From positions 338,130 through 402,129 of the forward strand of contig NW_002060975.1 in NCBI RefSeq assembly GCF_000150275.1: a DNA stretch of 64,000 nucleotides, read 5' to 3'. Positions 13,601-26,623 of this stretch are shown here, one piece after another. This stretch comes from Trichoplax adhaerens. Lineage: Eukaryota; Animalia; Placozoa. The notes beneath the pieces were generated by a model. It ran no database searches and was not told the origin of the DNA. It saw only the letters and a list, made by a program, of their open reading frames with translations. A program made the position numbers and the translations under genes. Position 1 is the first letter of the stretch; every line of letters begins with the position of its first letter.

Positions 13601-16600
13601 CAAAATCTTGGTAGCTGTAATACAGTTCACGCTTACGACAATTAGCTTCATCTGAAGAATCTGGAATAAAAAATCCTTGGCAGTCTACTACCCCATCACA
13701 AACATACGACAACGGAATACAAAATTTAGTAACTTTGCATTTAAACTGGTTACTTCCACATTGGCTGGATTGAGTAGTAGGAGCTGCTGTTGTTGTGGTG
13801 GCTAGAAACAATTTATAATATCGTTCATTATCGAAATTATAAGAAACAAACGGCAGTAATTTCATTGTCTATGCAACAAGAGCATAGTGAAACTTACTGT
13901 TGCAATTCTTTTCATCACTGCTATCCCCACAATCCGCGATTCCGTCACACCGCCAAATATTCGGAATGCATTCGCCATTATTACATACGAATTGGTTTAT
14001 TGTACATGGTTTTGGAGCTAAACAGGTTTTATATTAAAGGAATCAGTTCATCAATCAACATTGCTACCAAGCTATTGATAATGATAGCTATAACTATAGC
14101 CATCTTAAATACTTCTTTAACGTTGTGCATCAATGATTAATCGGCGATTATTTTAGATTGGTACTTACTGCATTTCTTGGGTTCATCCGAATTATCTCCA
14201 CAATCATTAAATTTATCGCAAAAAAATGTCTTGGGAATACAAGCGCCATTCTTACAACGAAATTCACTTGACTTACAAGAATCTTAGTAGCAAAAAAATA
14301 AATTCCAGAGTATTAATTTCAGTGTCATGATGATAATACATGTAATTACATGCTAGAGACGATTGTAGTTACGAATGATGATAACTTACGAGAACTAACG
14401 CAATACTTTTCATCACTATTGTCGTAGCAATCATTATCTCCATCGCAAACGTAAGACTTCCTAATACAACGCTTATTATTGCATCTAAATTCATCACTGG
14501 TACAATTCGGACGAACTGAAATAGAAATGAAAATTGCCATCAGAAAGCCATTCATAAGATAGAAAAGAAGTTCCAGCTAATCCTGGGCTTTGACGGTTTC
14601 TATTAATATAGGAGTGAGGAAATTAAATACCGCAATTTAATTCATCGGATCCATCACGACAGTCCTTTATAAAATCGCACTTCCTGAAATTACTTATGCA
14701 ACGTCCATCAGAGCAAGTAAATTGCCACGACGCACACGTTTGGAAAGAACACCCTAACATTTACAATCAGATTCATAAACTAAATTAGGTAATTTGATAA
14801 AGTAAACGCAATTTGGCAAACGTAATAAAGGTATCCTGCAGTAAAAAGGGTCATTATTAATTAACCGAAATTTCAGAATTCTTGACAATGACATTTTCGT
14901 TAATTACAAATAGTATCAAAGTACAGCATATGAGGATGTTCTTTATACTGATCAATTGCAGAGCATGCACTACTAAAATGTAGTATTTATAGCTTATCGT
15001 AAATTCGAAAAGACATGAATATTTCAGTAAATCAGGCAAGTAAAGAGAACTCTTTCTCTAATGAAATAAAATTACCTAATTCGTCTGAATTATCACCACA
15101 ATCGTTATCATGATCGCAATGCCAAGACTTTGGTATACATTTGTGATTGTTACAGGTAAATTGATTAGATTTGCAGCTACTTGAATTAGCTGTAAAAGTT
15201 AAAATGAAAAGATTGTTACTTAATGGTATTACTGTATACAGTGTAGGTAAGGCATACTTGCAGAACAGAATCCACCAGGTTGCAAGACTTCTCCGCTTTC
15301 ACATACGCAAGTCATTTTACCATTACTAGTTATAGTTTTAGCGTTGTCAGGACACAGACATACGTGACCATTATTTGGTAACGGTGCACATAAGTGGGAA
15401 CATCCACCGTTGTTGTTAGCACAACCATTAGTCCCTGATTAACAATAAAAAACTTAAATATACCATTCTAAATAATGACATTTCCATAAAACTTCAAAAT
15501 TTTAAATTCCAATAGATACAATAAACTTAATATACATCATATGTTTTAACAGCATACGTTTTAACATTCTGTTAAACTATTGCAACTTTCAATCTAAGGG
15601 TATCGATTTACTATTACAGTAACAACTCGCCTATATTTGCATTTTGTAGCAATATTTCTTTTGCCTATACCTGTTTGAGAAGCTTGCCGAAAAGCCTTAA
15701 CATCGGTTAAGTAAGTCAAAGAACTAGCAATAACTTTCACATTTCCTCCGTTATTATTTGCTTGGAAAATTTTCTTTAATTCTGAATCCGCCCAATAAAT
15801 GCTATCCTTAAACACAGCTATGGCAGTAGGGTATGTAACATTGGAAGTTATTATTGTTCGTCTACTGTGTCCTTGCGATGTTGCCGTTTCAATAATATGG
15901 CGAGTTTTGTCAGTCCAATAAAGCTGCTGTCGCGCAATATCAAGAGCCAAACCAGAAGGATAACCGAGATTTGACTGAACTATAGTAGTAATCCCAGTGC
16001 CATCCATGTTAGCTCGCATTATAGAAGGCTTATTGTTTACATTGGTCCAGTATAGATATCTGTTTAGTTTACAATATAAACGTTAAAACATGCTACATAT
16101 TCATTTGTACTATTTACAAGCAGCATCTGAAAGGCTATGAAAAGTATTCAAATAGTTATAATTTATTCTTAAGGCGTAGTATTAAAATCTTCAAAGTTAT
16201 ATTATTCACCCTCTAGCTGGATCTAAAATCAATGATTCAGCGTTATCCATGTTAGTTGTAAGCAGAGTGCGACGATTTGTACCATCTTTCTTTGCTACTG
16301 ATAACTCTTTTCGCTTCTGGTCTATCCAGTAAATATTATTCGATATCCAATCTAAAGCCATACCACCGACCTATCCGGAAAGATTTCGATAGTAAGTTAA
16401 TCCTTCGATTTACATGGGCTTATTAAAATGTGTTTATGCTTAATTTTATATTTTTGTCACTAGCTGCAGCTTTTACGATTTTAAATCTAACCTGCGCAAT
16501 TTTAGTGGAAACAATTACTTCTGGCCAACCAGTACCATTCAAGTACATTCGCCTAATTGAAGGTGTTTGACCATTTTCGCCCCAATATAAACAGTTTTGG

Positions 16601-19600
16601 CTAAAGTCGTAATCAATGAAACTTACACCAATTAAATTAATTGGTAAGGTTTCGGCAATACTGGCACCAAATCGGAAACGTCCGATGCTAAACCTCTGAG
16701 AAAATAAGAGAAACTCGGACAATTCTGTCGAATTTCAAGAGAAAAATATTGGTTTAAAATTGTAACGTAATACTAATAGGTATAATATTAAAGTAGCTCC
16801 TAGCGTTTTACTTGCAACCGGGCATAAAGTCTTTTGTGGTCCGATAGTATTTTCTACACCTCCAAAACAAGTATCGTCCGCAATTTTTCGATATCTAATC
16901 ATAACCAGATGTAGTTAACTTGTAGTAATTAGTGCATTAATATGAGAAATAACAATGTATGGCTGTATGTAGCAAACATACCCTCTTGTTCTGTAGTAAA
17001 ACGAGCCCTCTGGGCAAGAAACTGGTATTTGAGGTGGTTGCGCCAGCGAAGCAGATAAAAAGCAATTTCCAGTGAAGAACGAATGGTAATAGCCTTCATC
17101 GCTAAAAAAAATAGTAATGAATGTAAGAAACTAATAATTACAGTCAAAAATATTTGGCAAATATAATAAATAATAAATTTTATAAAGAACCCGATCCGTA
17201 TTACCATTCAAAGTCATCGCGTATACACGTGCAATTTTGAACACTGATTGGTCTGTCATAGTTTCGTCCATTGTAACATCGGCTTTTAGTTTTACGACGC
17301 TCATATGTCATTTTCCTGCCAAGTACACACTTCGTACCTGGAGCACCATCTAATTTATCAGATGGTACCCATTTCTTATAATCGTTTAATGTACATGATC
17401 TTCCTAGCACATTTTTCATATCTATCTGAACTATAGTCCATTCATGATGTCCAACCGGTGATCCAACAATGGTAAAAACTGTTGTTTGCTCACCAGGCTC
17501 GGTGGTTAAACCATATGGCAACATTGCAGTACTATTAAAGATGTAAGTTGACCAAGATTCTCCTTCATCCCAACTATAGCTAATTATTTAAATAACGGAA
17601 ATCATCAATTAAAGTATTTAATAAGCAGGATTAGCTATAAGCAAAAATTAGAGAAGATTTAATCACAAGAAATAGATATTTAATTACTTACTAGATAACA
17701 TTCGTGATATAATACCGTCTTACTGCCGCAATAAGTCCGCCATGGTCAGCTACAGCGAACATAAATTGCCCTTTCATAGCCTGTAAAGTAAAACCAAACA
17801 GACAATATTATGGCGGTGCTTATTACATGGGGTATGTATATAAACAGACCTCTCTCCAATCGAATCCTCCATCTGTTGAAATATACATGCTTATGTTTCT
17901 CGATGTTAAATTTGCACCGACACTTCCGTGTCCAAGTATAAAACCAGGAGCTGAGGCTGAAGTATAAACTGCGCTCGGAAATGGAGATTGATAGTACGCA
18001 GTGTAGCGCAGTCCTAGATGTAACGAGCAACTCTAAAACGATACGTTTTAAAACATGAGACAAAATGATCGCAATAAGGATAAACTATGAATCAAGAAAG
18101 ACATATATTCTACCAACTATGTTGCTAAATCATTACTCTAGAAAGTCACAAATTTCATGCATTTGTAATTACAGACATGATATAAGAAAGTACGTAGCAT
18201 TAATATTACATTTAATTATTATAGTTAGACTGTATTCAATGAAATACTAAAACACCATTGTTTATAGTAACATGAATTTAGGTACAGATAATACCTCACA
18301 GTATACTCTATAACAGAAGAAATTAAATACTACCGTACTTTAGATGAATTTGAAATGCAAGCTGGATATGAATTGCCGTTAGAATCGGTAGCTGGAGGTT
18401 TAATGGATTTCCATTTAGCCCCATTATTATAAGTAATTAATGTGGTAATGTAGATAAAATTTTGGGAATCGGGCTTCGTGAGCTGCGTTGCAACGTAGAC
18501 TCCTAATAAACCCTTCAATTTGGTTATATCGGCAAATAAGGGACTTCTCCTGTTTAAATATAAAGATTCTTGCTAAGATCATATGTACTCGTATTCAATA
18601 TGCGATATTAAGTTATCGATCATATATTACTGTAGATAACGCTATTTTGATATTAAGTAAACTTACAAATCATATTTATGAACAGGTGGGGTGGCATGTA
18701 AGAAAGGATTAAAATATAATACGCGCTGCAGTGATAACGTATACTGTAAGCCTGAAGCATCGGAAATATATAAATCCATCCCTTTATGATTGTTATCAAC
18801 AACAACAAGCACTTGATCCGTAGTAGAATCAACAATGAAATAATCCTAATAATATCGAGAAAAAATAGCACGTTCAGAAAAATTGATATTTTCAGATTGA
18901 TATTTACAACTTTTACATACCTGGTTCTTATGATTTTTTAAGGGAAAGTTTGCAATCTGGAGTGCACCACGATTCTTAGATACCAAAAGATCGAGAAATC
19001 CACGTTTCTAAATAGTATAAACGGGATAGATTATTAGCTAGAATAACATGAACTTTGATAAATTAATTGATATATGCAAAATTATAGAAAGTACCGCTAT
19101 CATCAAAACTTACGTTAGATTTAACCACAAAAATGTAAGAACCTTGCATATATAATTCTGTGCCATTTGTCGCTAGTACCGTTCGCTTAATTCCAGTTTG
19201 AAATATGAAATCAAGTTTAATCATTGTCGCTAGGCCACCTTAAAAACATACAATTTCATACAATTACGGCATGTCATAACAAGTACTGAATGGAATAGCA
19301 ACGTTTTAGCATGAAAGCAAAATGTTCTATTTTTGATTACGTTCGCAATGAGATGCTTTATAAACGGTTAAGATACAGTATATTATATTATTCGAGGAGA
19401 TTGTTGTGGTTGTACTGTGGATAATATTACTGAAAATGCTTAATCTTGACATGTGTAACATTCTAGAATTAGTTATTGGACACTGACTTAATTACGATAT
19501 AATTAAGCTCGAATACACTACCTATATCTTGACGCTCTAAAAATACAGTTTGAGATGGATCCATATTTGGTTTGCCCCTATTAGTATTAAAGTAATCAGT

Positions 19601-22600
19601 CAAACTTTAGCACTAAAGAATAATGAACAAGTACAATAGCAAGTAGAGCAAGAACAGTTTAAATTCGCATTTTTTTAAGCTAAAGTAAATTAATTAAAGG
19701 TGCACTACTATTCTTACTATTATGTCATGCGAGGCTACTGTTGTACGGTCATAGCTATTACCGTATACAGCATATGTAGTAAGACTTGATTACCATGAAA
19801 TATAATTAAAAAATGAAGAACTCACCAATAAAAGGCTTTAATGTTGACGTCAAGTAACTTCCATGTAGTTCCAAAGTCATTTGAAGCATAAAGCTATAAA
19901 AAATGCATGAAATAACAATTATCAACACCGTCAAAAGCATTATTGATTAGAAACATTTCCGAAATGGAACTCCGATCGACTGATTTTAGTTGCTAATGTT
20001 ATATTTCGTTCTTTACCTTATTGTTATCACTGGTGTCAAGAGCTAAGACGTAATCCGCAACAGATGGATGGGGTACAATTCTATACGCTTTGAAAGTAAT
20101 CTTAATCGGTAAGACTGATTGACCTTCATCAAAGGTAACGAATAGGTATTTATGGGCGACATCAGCAAAAATTTTCTAATAATAGCAAATTAATGATAAT
20201 ATTAGTCAATCACATTTAGAATATAAATACACGAAATGATAAAGTAAAGTCAGTTATTCTTTCTTTTTATCTTTAATATCACTTTGTATCCCTTTTAGCT
20301 GTTAAAATGACTGCAAATGATTTGATTAAATACTGAATTGATACTTTACAGACGTGGATCAAAGTGACGATTCACAAATTATAAACTTGTTACACTAACA
20401 ATCTTATTTCATTCATTACGTAGTGATGACAATACCGCATATCGTCTATCTGCTATACGTACGAGTACATGTACTTACGCGTCTGAAATCAATAGGGCTG
20501 GTGTAAAAATTGTCTACCGAAGACGGATTGCCATTCAGCAAGCGAAAGTCAGTAGTACGATTAACAAAGGTCTTTCCATAATTAGTAGAAATATAGATTC
20601 GACTATAGCTCGTATTGCTGAAAAAATTGTCACCAGTTACCACAATAATGGTACCACTTCCCTGACCGGACCAGTGAATAATCAATCGATGCGTTGAATC
20701 TTTCAAATTGGCCTGGAAAGATGTAAGTAATCCAATTAGGTTTAGATACATTGCAAGAGTAGTTTTCTAACTTTTCACAATCCAGTATGTTCATGATCTT
20801 ATCATTATCTATCATATCAGTAGGTAAAACTATGATATAATCTATATTATAATATTAAAGTTATGATCTTGTAATCTATACAAGATTTAACTCATAGATC
20901 AAAGAGGTTTATTAATCAGAAGTAGCCTTTACCGACATTCTTGCATAATATGGACTATACATATTGTTAAAATTGAATATTACGCGTATATTTGAATATG
21001 ACATGATCTATCAGGTCATCTGTGAAGGACCGTTAGCTAATCAAAGCTTCTACTAATTTGATACACTGCATGTACAGTGGTATTCTCTCTTACTTTGTCT
21101 GCAGCTATCAATGTTAACATTGTCTGGCATTATAATTAGTAATATTGTATAACGTGGATGAAAATTTTAAAACAGTCCATAGTGTTGAAGCCTTACATAC
21201 ACATAACAGTCAACTTGTATACAGTCTATGTCAAGTTTATCTTCTATTCAGAGTCTTGTAACTTAATGATATTGTTTTTTCTTCTTGTAAACTAGCCACT
21301 ACGTGATTGACAACTCTATTCTTTATTCACTTCCTGTGGTGGCGTAGTCTCGTTAACCTTGCCTGGTGTGTACAGTCATGGTACAGCGCAAGGAAGCAGT
21401 CTTTTATGATCAATTTTTGAGTTTCAACAAGCTGTATAAATAAATATTAAGTATCTGTAAAGCTACCTTACTGAATGTATCGATCGATTTGTTCTACATA
21501 CTAGAAACTACCTGTTCAGTTCAACATTAAACGAGCAATTGATAACTATGTACAGTAGAGTCTACAGTCGTTGCCAATCGATGAAGGCACACGAGTGCAA
21601 ACAGCTATCGTAGATATCGAACTGTACTGTCCTGATCATGAACAACACTTTCCATCGGTATCAATTAATGGCAAGAAGATGATCCAAACAGCATATCGAT
21701 TGCATGATTTCACGCCTTTGATCCAACATACTATCGACTCCATCTTTCAGTGTAGTGCTATCGATTTTTGTTTATTTATATCGACTTTTGTTTAGAAAAG
21801 GAGGTTCGTCTATCTATTCCCTTCGTTACTGGAAAATTTCTTTTTAGCTAGTAACTCTTGTTTTGACTACAGTAAATACTCGATCAAGTTGATACGATTG
21901 CTATTAACGTTATAGTCTCTGCCGTACACCATGATCAAGGCATGCTACTGATCGTTGTAGTTAGTGCAAAGCTCCGCAGATCTTCATAACAGTTCACACC
22001 TTGCTTGTATCAATAAATTAATCATGAATACTTTACTGGTAATGGATGGTCTTCACCTTAACAGTAAATTGACTCTTGCTTACTTTCAAGCCAAATGTGG
22101 ACTAACTCGACAGTAACAGACAGCTATTACAAACAAGTATTCCATGCAGATACTTTTCTATTACGTAGAAGGAATTATTTGCTCATCTCTACCTGGTTTG
22201 CCTCCATTATTGACTGCTATACAGCCTTCAAAAATTCCCACATCGGGCAAAATAATTGTGCTACAGTACAAATCACTCTGGGAGGATCCGCCCAATACGC
22301 CATACTATCCAGCACTTTACAGTGTAGAGTACTGCATTTCAGCCACAGTATCATGCACGGTGATGTCATGACTTGCGCAGCACAGTACTAACTACTGACT
22401 GCAATCGTGCAATGGTGCGCTTATCGTGATGGAGAGAACTGAAAGTTTACTGTCATCATGCAATTATTGGTGCATCATCAACAGTGCAAATAGAAACAAA
22501 TTTGAGCTAAGGTATATGGGTTGGGGTACTACTATGTTTTCGTCTTGTATTTGGGAATTGAAAAATATTTCATCACCATCGTCTAACACAGTAGCACCAA

Positions 22601-23353
22601 TTCAATTTATCCATGGATAATAATTATTGAACTGTGGGTAGAGAGGACATGGAAATCAATTCGATACAGAAAGGGCTTCTTGTGATTGAGAATAGAAGGA
22701 AAGAGGCCTTGAAAGCGATCATCAACACGATCCACTACTATTACAAAATAACTCAGCGATTTCGCGTTACTATAGTGTAAAACTGTTGTTCGATCTCTCA
22801 CTACAACGATGTTGAAGAAAAATAGCATCATAGTTCAGCAAGAATAAAGTGTATTGATTACAGCAGACAACAACGAGACATGTATACTTATTGCTACTTC
22901 ACGAGCCGTTACAGTAGATAAACAGTCAGTGATGATGATCATTTTTGCTGACATCAAGTGCAACGCTTAAAAGACTCATCATGGCACATATTCGATAACA
23001 GCATAGTACAGTACTGTCATTTCATGGTGGTATCATAAAGACTTTGATCGCGTTTGATGATTTCATCATGCATTAAGGTTAAGTGAACTTACCACCGATG
23101 TACCATTGGGGGCAGGAGGCGGTGCAGTATTGGCTCTTTTAATCCGCTCTTTGGAATGGAAAACTTGCTTTACAGCTTCCTTTATTGGAATCTTCTTGGG
23201 CAGGGTGATTTGGTAAAAGTTCTGCCGTTCAGTCACCACTGTATGAGCAGGTAACTGTTGGTTATTTTCTGCGTTGAAGACGAACGAATCGTCCTTCGCA
23301 AAGGCTAGCAGGATAAAAGCGGAAAATATCAGAAACAGCTTCATTAGTGCCAT
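4624..23353 (-). CDS. SORL1: Sortilin-related receptor SorLA-like: SP-propeptide-VPS10/10CC-YWTD-EGF-10xLDLa-2xFN3-6xSRCR-LDLa-SRCR-3xLDLa-4xFN3-TM-tail
   Basis: ATG at 23353 with a signal peptide and a furin-type RIKR site (23135-23146). VPS10 exons resemble SORL1 (e.g. [22 protein letters not shown]; [19 protein letters not shown]...W), followed by YWTD repeats, LDLa and FN3 domains and a TM exon (4871-~5080). The tail has FVGSHF, an acidic cluster and SDDDGLIRA*; stop TAG at 4624-4626. Confidence 0.92.
7257..11402 (-). other. SRCR/LDLa cassette: SRCR1-6 (11402-8698), LDLa (~8601-8454), SRCR7 (~8353-8037), three LDLa (~7940-7257)
   Basis: Seven group-A SRCR motifs (VRL..G...GR.EI.H.G.WGT.C...VC..LG...WL..V.C.G.E...C......C.H..D.GV.C). 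SRCR5 is split over two exons; the others are single exons. Confidence 0.9.
12558..15189 (-). other. Ten single-exon LDLa (complement-type) repeats
   Basis: Ten short exons, each of the form C-x-F-x-C...CI...C-D/N...C-x-D-x-S/A-DE-x-x-C, counted by manual translation. Confidence 0.8.
15259..16724 (-). other. YWTD propeller + EGF domain exons of SORL1
   Basis: LYWGE, IYWID, LYWTN, LYWTD and IYWAD repeats, then the EGF sequence [14 protein letters not shown]...CLC. Confidence 0.85.
16813..20712 (-). other. VPS10 beta-propeller + 10CC domain exons of SORL1
   Basis: BNR/Asp-box motifs ([24 protein letters not shown]) and 10CC cysteines ([24 protein letters not shown]...CTCIRDDFE). Boundaries approximate. 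Confidence 0.85.
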
Positions 23354-23440
23354 TACTTAATTTCCTAGCTTGATTATTATAATTTTGAAAGGCTGAACGA
23401 ATGATGTCAACTTCAATAGTTAGTACGTGATATACGCGAA

Positions 23441-23790
23441 CTGTACTGTACGTCCATACAGTCCGGTATACACTACTGCAGTAGTGTACATACAGTACAT
23501 ACAGTAGCACTGTACTGTATGATGAACACGACAGTAAATGTACAATTGTACACTAAAATGTACAGCACAGGGTTAGGGTTCGGATTTTGTACAGTACACA
23601 GGCAGACTACTAAGTACTGTACACTGTACAAATCGAAAACAAGACACGGTACTGGGCAGACCTGAGTATCGAAAATGACATAGTGTTCCTCATCAAATAC
23701 AGTATTGTACGCGTGTGTAGTGTACGAGTGTGCGTACGGGTAGCGAGTTCTCCAGTACAGTACCCGGTACCAGGTACCAGCAGACGTCTG
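23441..23790. promoter_or_regulatory. TACAGT/ACTGTA motif cluster upstream of the SORL1 start
   Basis: Dense actgta/tacagt/gtacag words about 90-440 bp upstream of ATG 23353. The regulatory role is inferred from position only. Confidence 0.45.
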
Positions 23791-24144
23791 ACGGTCCAGG
23801 TTTAAAGTTTACCCTCATTGACTTTAGCGCGTGACCTTTCAAACAGAGTCTGCGTACACGTAGCATTTTTGCCGCTACGACTGTCATAGGAATAAACAGA
23901 TACAGTCTATTTGTACAATATGATATAATACAAATACAGTACATAGGTGGATCGGAAGGATACAGTAGTAATTTTTTACAGCTACTTCTGACAAAGTAGT
24001 ATTGTAATAGCAATTGATAACATACTCTTTAGCTAACCGACAATTAAGTTAAACCGAAGTGGAGATCCTCCAGAAGATCGAGACTTTATCAATAGTGAAG
24101 TTAAAGTTTTATAATAGAAATTTTTGTTGAAGCACTCGATGATT

Positions 24145-24234
24145 GTCCCCGTGGCGCAATGGATTAGCGCATTGGACTTCTAACGTACTATGGTAGCGAT
24201 TCAAAGGTTGCGGGTTCGAGTCCCGCCGGGGATG
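24145..24234 (+). tRNA. tRNA-Arg(TCT) with a 16-nt intron (24183-24198)
   Basis: Acceptor stem GTCCCCG/CGGGGAT, A box TGGCGCAATGG, anticodon stem TTGGA/TTCAA with TCT at 24179-24181, intron at the canonical 37/38 site, B box GGTTCGAGTCC. Confidence 0.96.
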
Positions 24235-24239
24235 ATTAA

Positions 24240-24247
24240 TTTTTTTT
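24240..24247 (+). terminator. Pol III oligo-T terminator of tRNA-Arg
   Basis: T8 run beginning 6 nt after the discriminator base. Confidence 0.75.
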
Positions 24248-26623
24248 CATAGTTACTATAGCTACTTTGCTTTTCACAGTTTCCATTCCTTTACTCATCG
24301 GAGTCTCATCCTCTCAACATTGAATTACAGTCTTTCATTTGTATCAGGGACTGCAAACGTTCAAAATTTTGGGGGCACTAATTTGCATGCAGTACTGTAT
24401 GCAGTAGCGTTATTATTGCTACTACTGTGAGATGACACGTAAGTTACAGATGAGAAGGGGTGAAAGAAAGCTAGCGATCACTATGTGAGTAATCACGTAC
24501 AGTACTCATATAATACCAGCGTGACAATAAAGAGAAAACGATTTAGTAGTGTATGTCATAATCGAATTAATAATTATAATTATCGACAATATGGTTACAA
24601 CATTCTCCTTGCTACACAGTCCTGTACACTGGGCTACTAGCTGCATTTACAGTACTGTAATTTAGTAATCCATAACTGTCCATACTGTATTGAATATACG
24701 ATACAGCTGCAGTGTACTCACTACATATGACAGTATCGTCCCTTCTGACCTTAATCGTAGAATCTGTACGATATTGACAAGATTCTATGTTAGAAACAGG
24801 TAATGTATAAATCGTTTAATGCCAAAAAACGAAGGAACGTTCAATTGCAATAATACAGTAGGTTAATGACCTTCAAGGGATTACTTGGATTGATCCCGTA
24901 AAGATCCAGCAGCAATAAAATGACGTTGACCGATGTCAAGACAAATGCAAGTCAAAACACCTCCAAATCTTCCCTGAAATTAAACATTTAAAAGCTAATA
25001 AATTGGATGATACATCGTTGTAAATAACTTATACTGAAGATAATTGACTGGCTGTGGCTATCATCGATAGTACACGAATATGCAACGCAAACTACGAGCA
25101 CATGGATTTTACAGAGTGCTCGAATCCTGCATTCTTTACTGATACTTTTGATTTCGGGCGTCTTCGCTTGAAAATTTAGTATCTTCTGTATGTGGTGTTA
25201 CCATGCACGTTATTGCTTATTTCATTAATAGAATAAAATGATTAACTATTTAAGCCACAGTTTATTGCTAGGACGGCAATTAGACACTCGATAATGTGCT
25301 ACAGTGCCATAGCTCAGTTGTTAATGTTGTAATTTTTTATTCATCGTTTTATTTTCTCCGAAATACTTTGAGTTGGTCTAACAATTTGTAAAGATAATAA
25401 ATGTGCAAGTCTACCGGACTATAAATTGACCAATACGATAAACCCTTCGCCTTTTTAAGTCATCTATCTGTGAATTTCAGCCAGTCAATCAATTTCACTA
25501 GATAGGTCCTATATATCATGCTTACCGACATGTAATATAGTGCTAATACGAGTATTAATAGGGTCTATAAGAATACAAAAGGTTACCCTGTTAACTGAAA
25601 TATGATGCAGAATACATTAAGCATCGCATTGTTCACAGTTCAAGTAGACAAGTATGCAGCACTTTAAGGAATTCATCTTTTCTTAAGCGGATATATATCA
25701 AAAATATTATGAAAGTAAAGATACATACGACGAACGGCAATTAAGGTCTTGCAGCGACTGAGTAAAGGGTATAAACATATAAACCATACTATAGATATTG
25801 TATCGTAAAAGATGACAGATATTCGCTAGGTGTCGTACTATTTTATAAAATAGCTACTAAGGCACAATTATCACTCTACGTATTATTCCTTAATAGTCTT
25901 CTACTATGTAATATGTAGACAGTTGCACATAGGTTGAAAGCATATTTATTCATAATGATTTGAGGTTATCTATAAAATGAGATCAATTAGTAACTACGTC
26001 TACAACACATACAGTATACTAGTATACTATATACCTTACCGGTCAGTCACGAACAATACACCAAATTGGAATCATGAACTACGAATACCGCCAGTATGAG
26101 TTCTCCTCAAACTATAAGGACAACGAACTAAATCAAGTTGAACAATTTACGATATACAGCAATCAATAGATGGAGTATAGTAAACACAACGATACCGTGA
26201 ATACATATTGAATGTGCAATGTAGCATATTGCATCTTGATGCAAAAGTTCGCCATATGCGTACGAAAAGTTAAAATGTATTGGCAAGATACAGTTTTAGG
26301 TAGGAAGGCAATAGGTTGCAGGCAAGCAGTTAATGCTTCATACTTTATCGTAAAACGCATTACTAAATATTTTATGCATTTACAGCTAGCTATTGGGCTA
26401 AATTGCTTTGTTATTCGGGTCATAGACAACAAAACGCGAACTTTGCTTACACTGTACATTGAATATAAGCTCTTCATGACGCATTCGCTATATGACATAG
26501 CACATCTGCGGGATTCATTATGTATAGTTAGCAGTAACTCCAACTTGTAAGGATTCTAACCGTACCATCACTAATCTACAATTATAGCACATTTAAATTA
26601 ACAACTTATCAGGGGAATGTACT

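Noticed and set aside
23569-23580. Telomere-like AGGGTTAGGGTT upstream of SORL1
   Set aside because: Only two units; not distinguishable from chance and no support for a telomerase RNA.
24880-24976. Alternative U2AF35 terminal exon starting GRF (cag|ggaagattt on -)
   Set aside because: I found no convincing in-frame donor late in the last exon before the stop at 26624; the three-residue match is likely chance.
26163-26550. Overlapping ORFs 26163-26543 (-) and 26212-26550 (+)
   Set aside because: They lie in the presumed U2AF35 3' UTR, have random-looking composition and show no homology.
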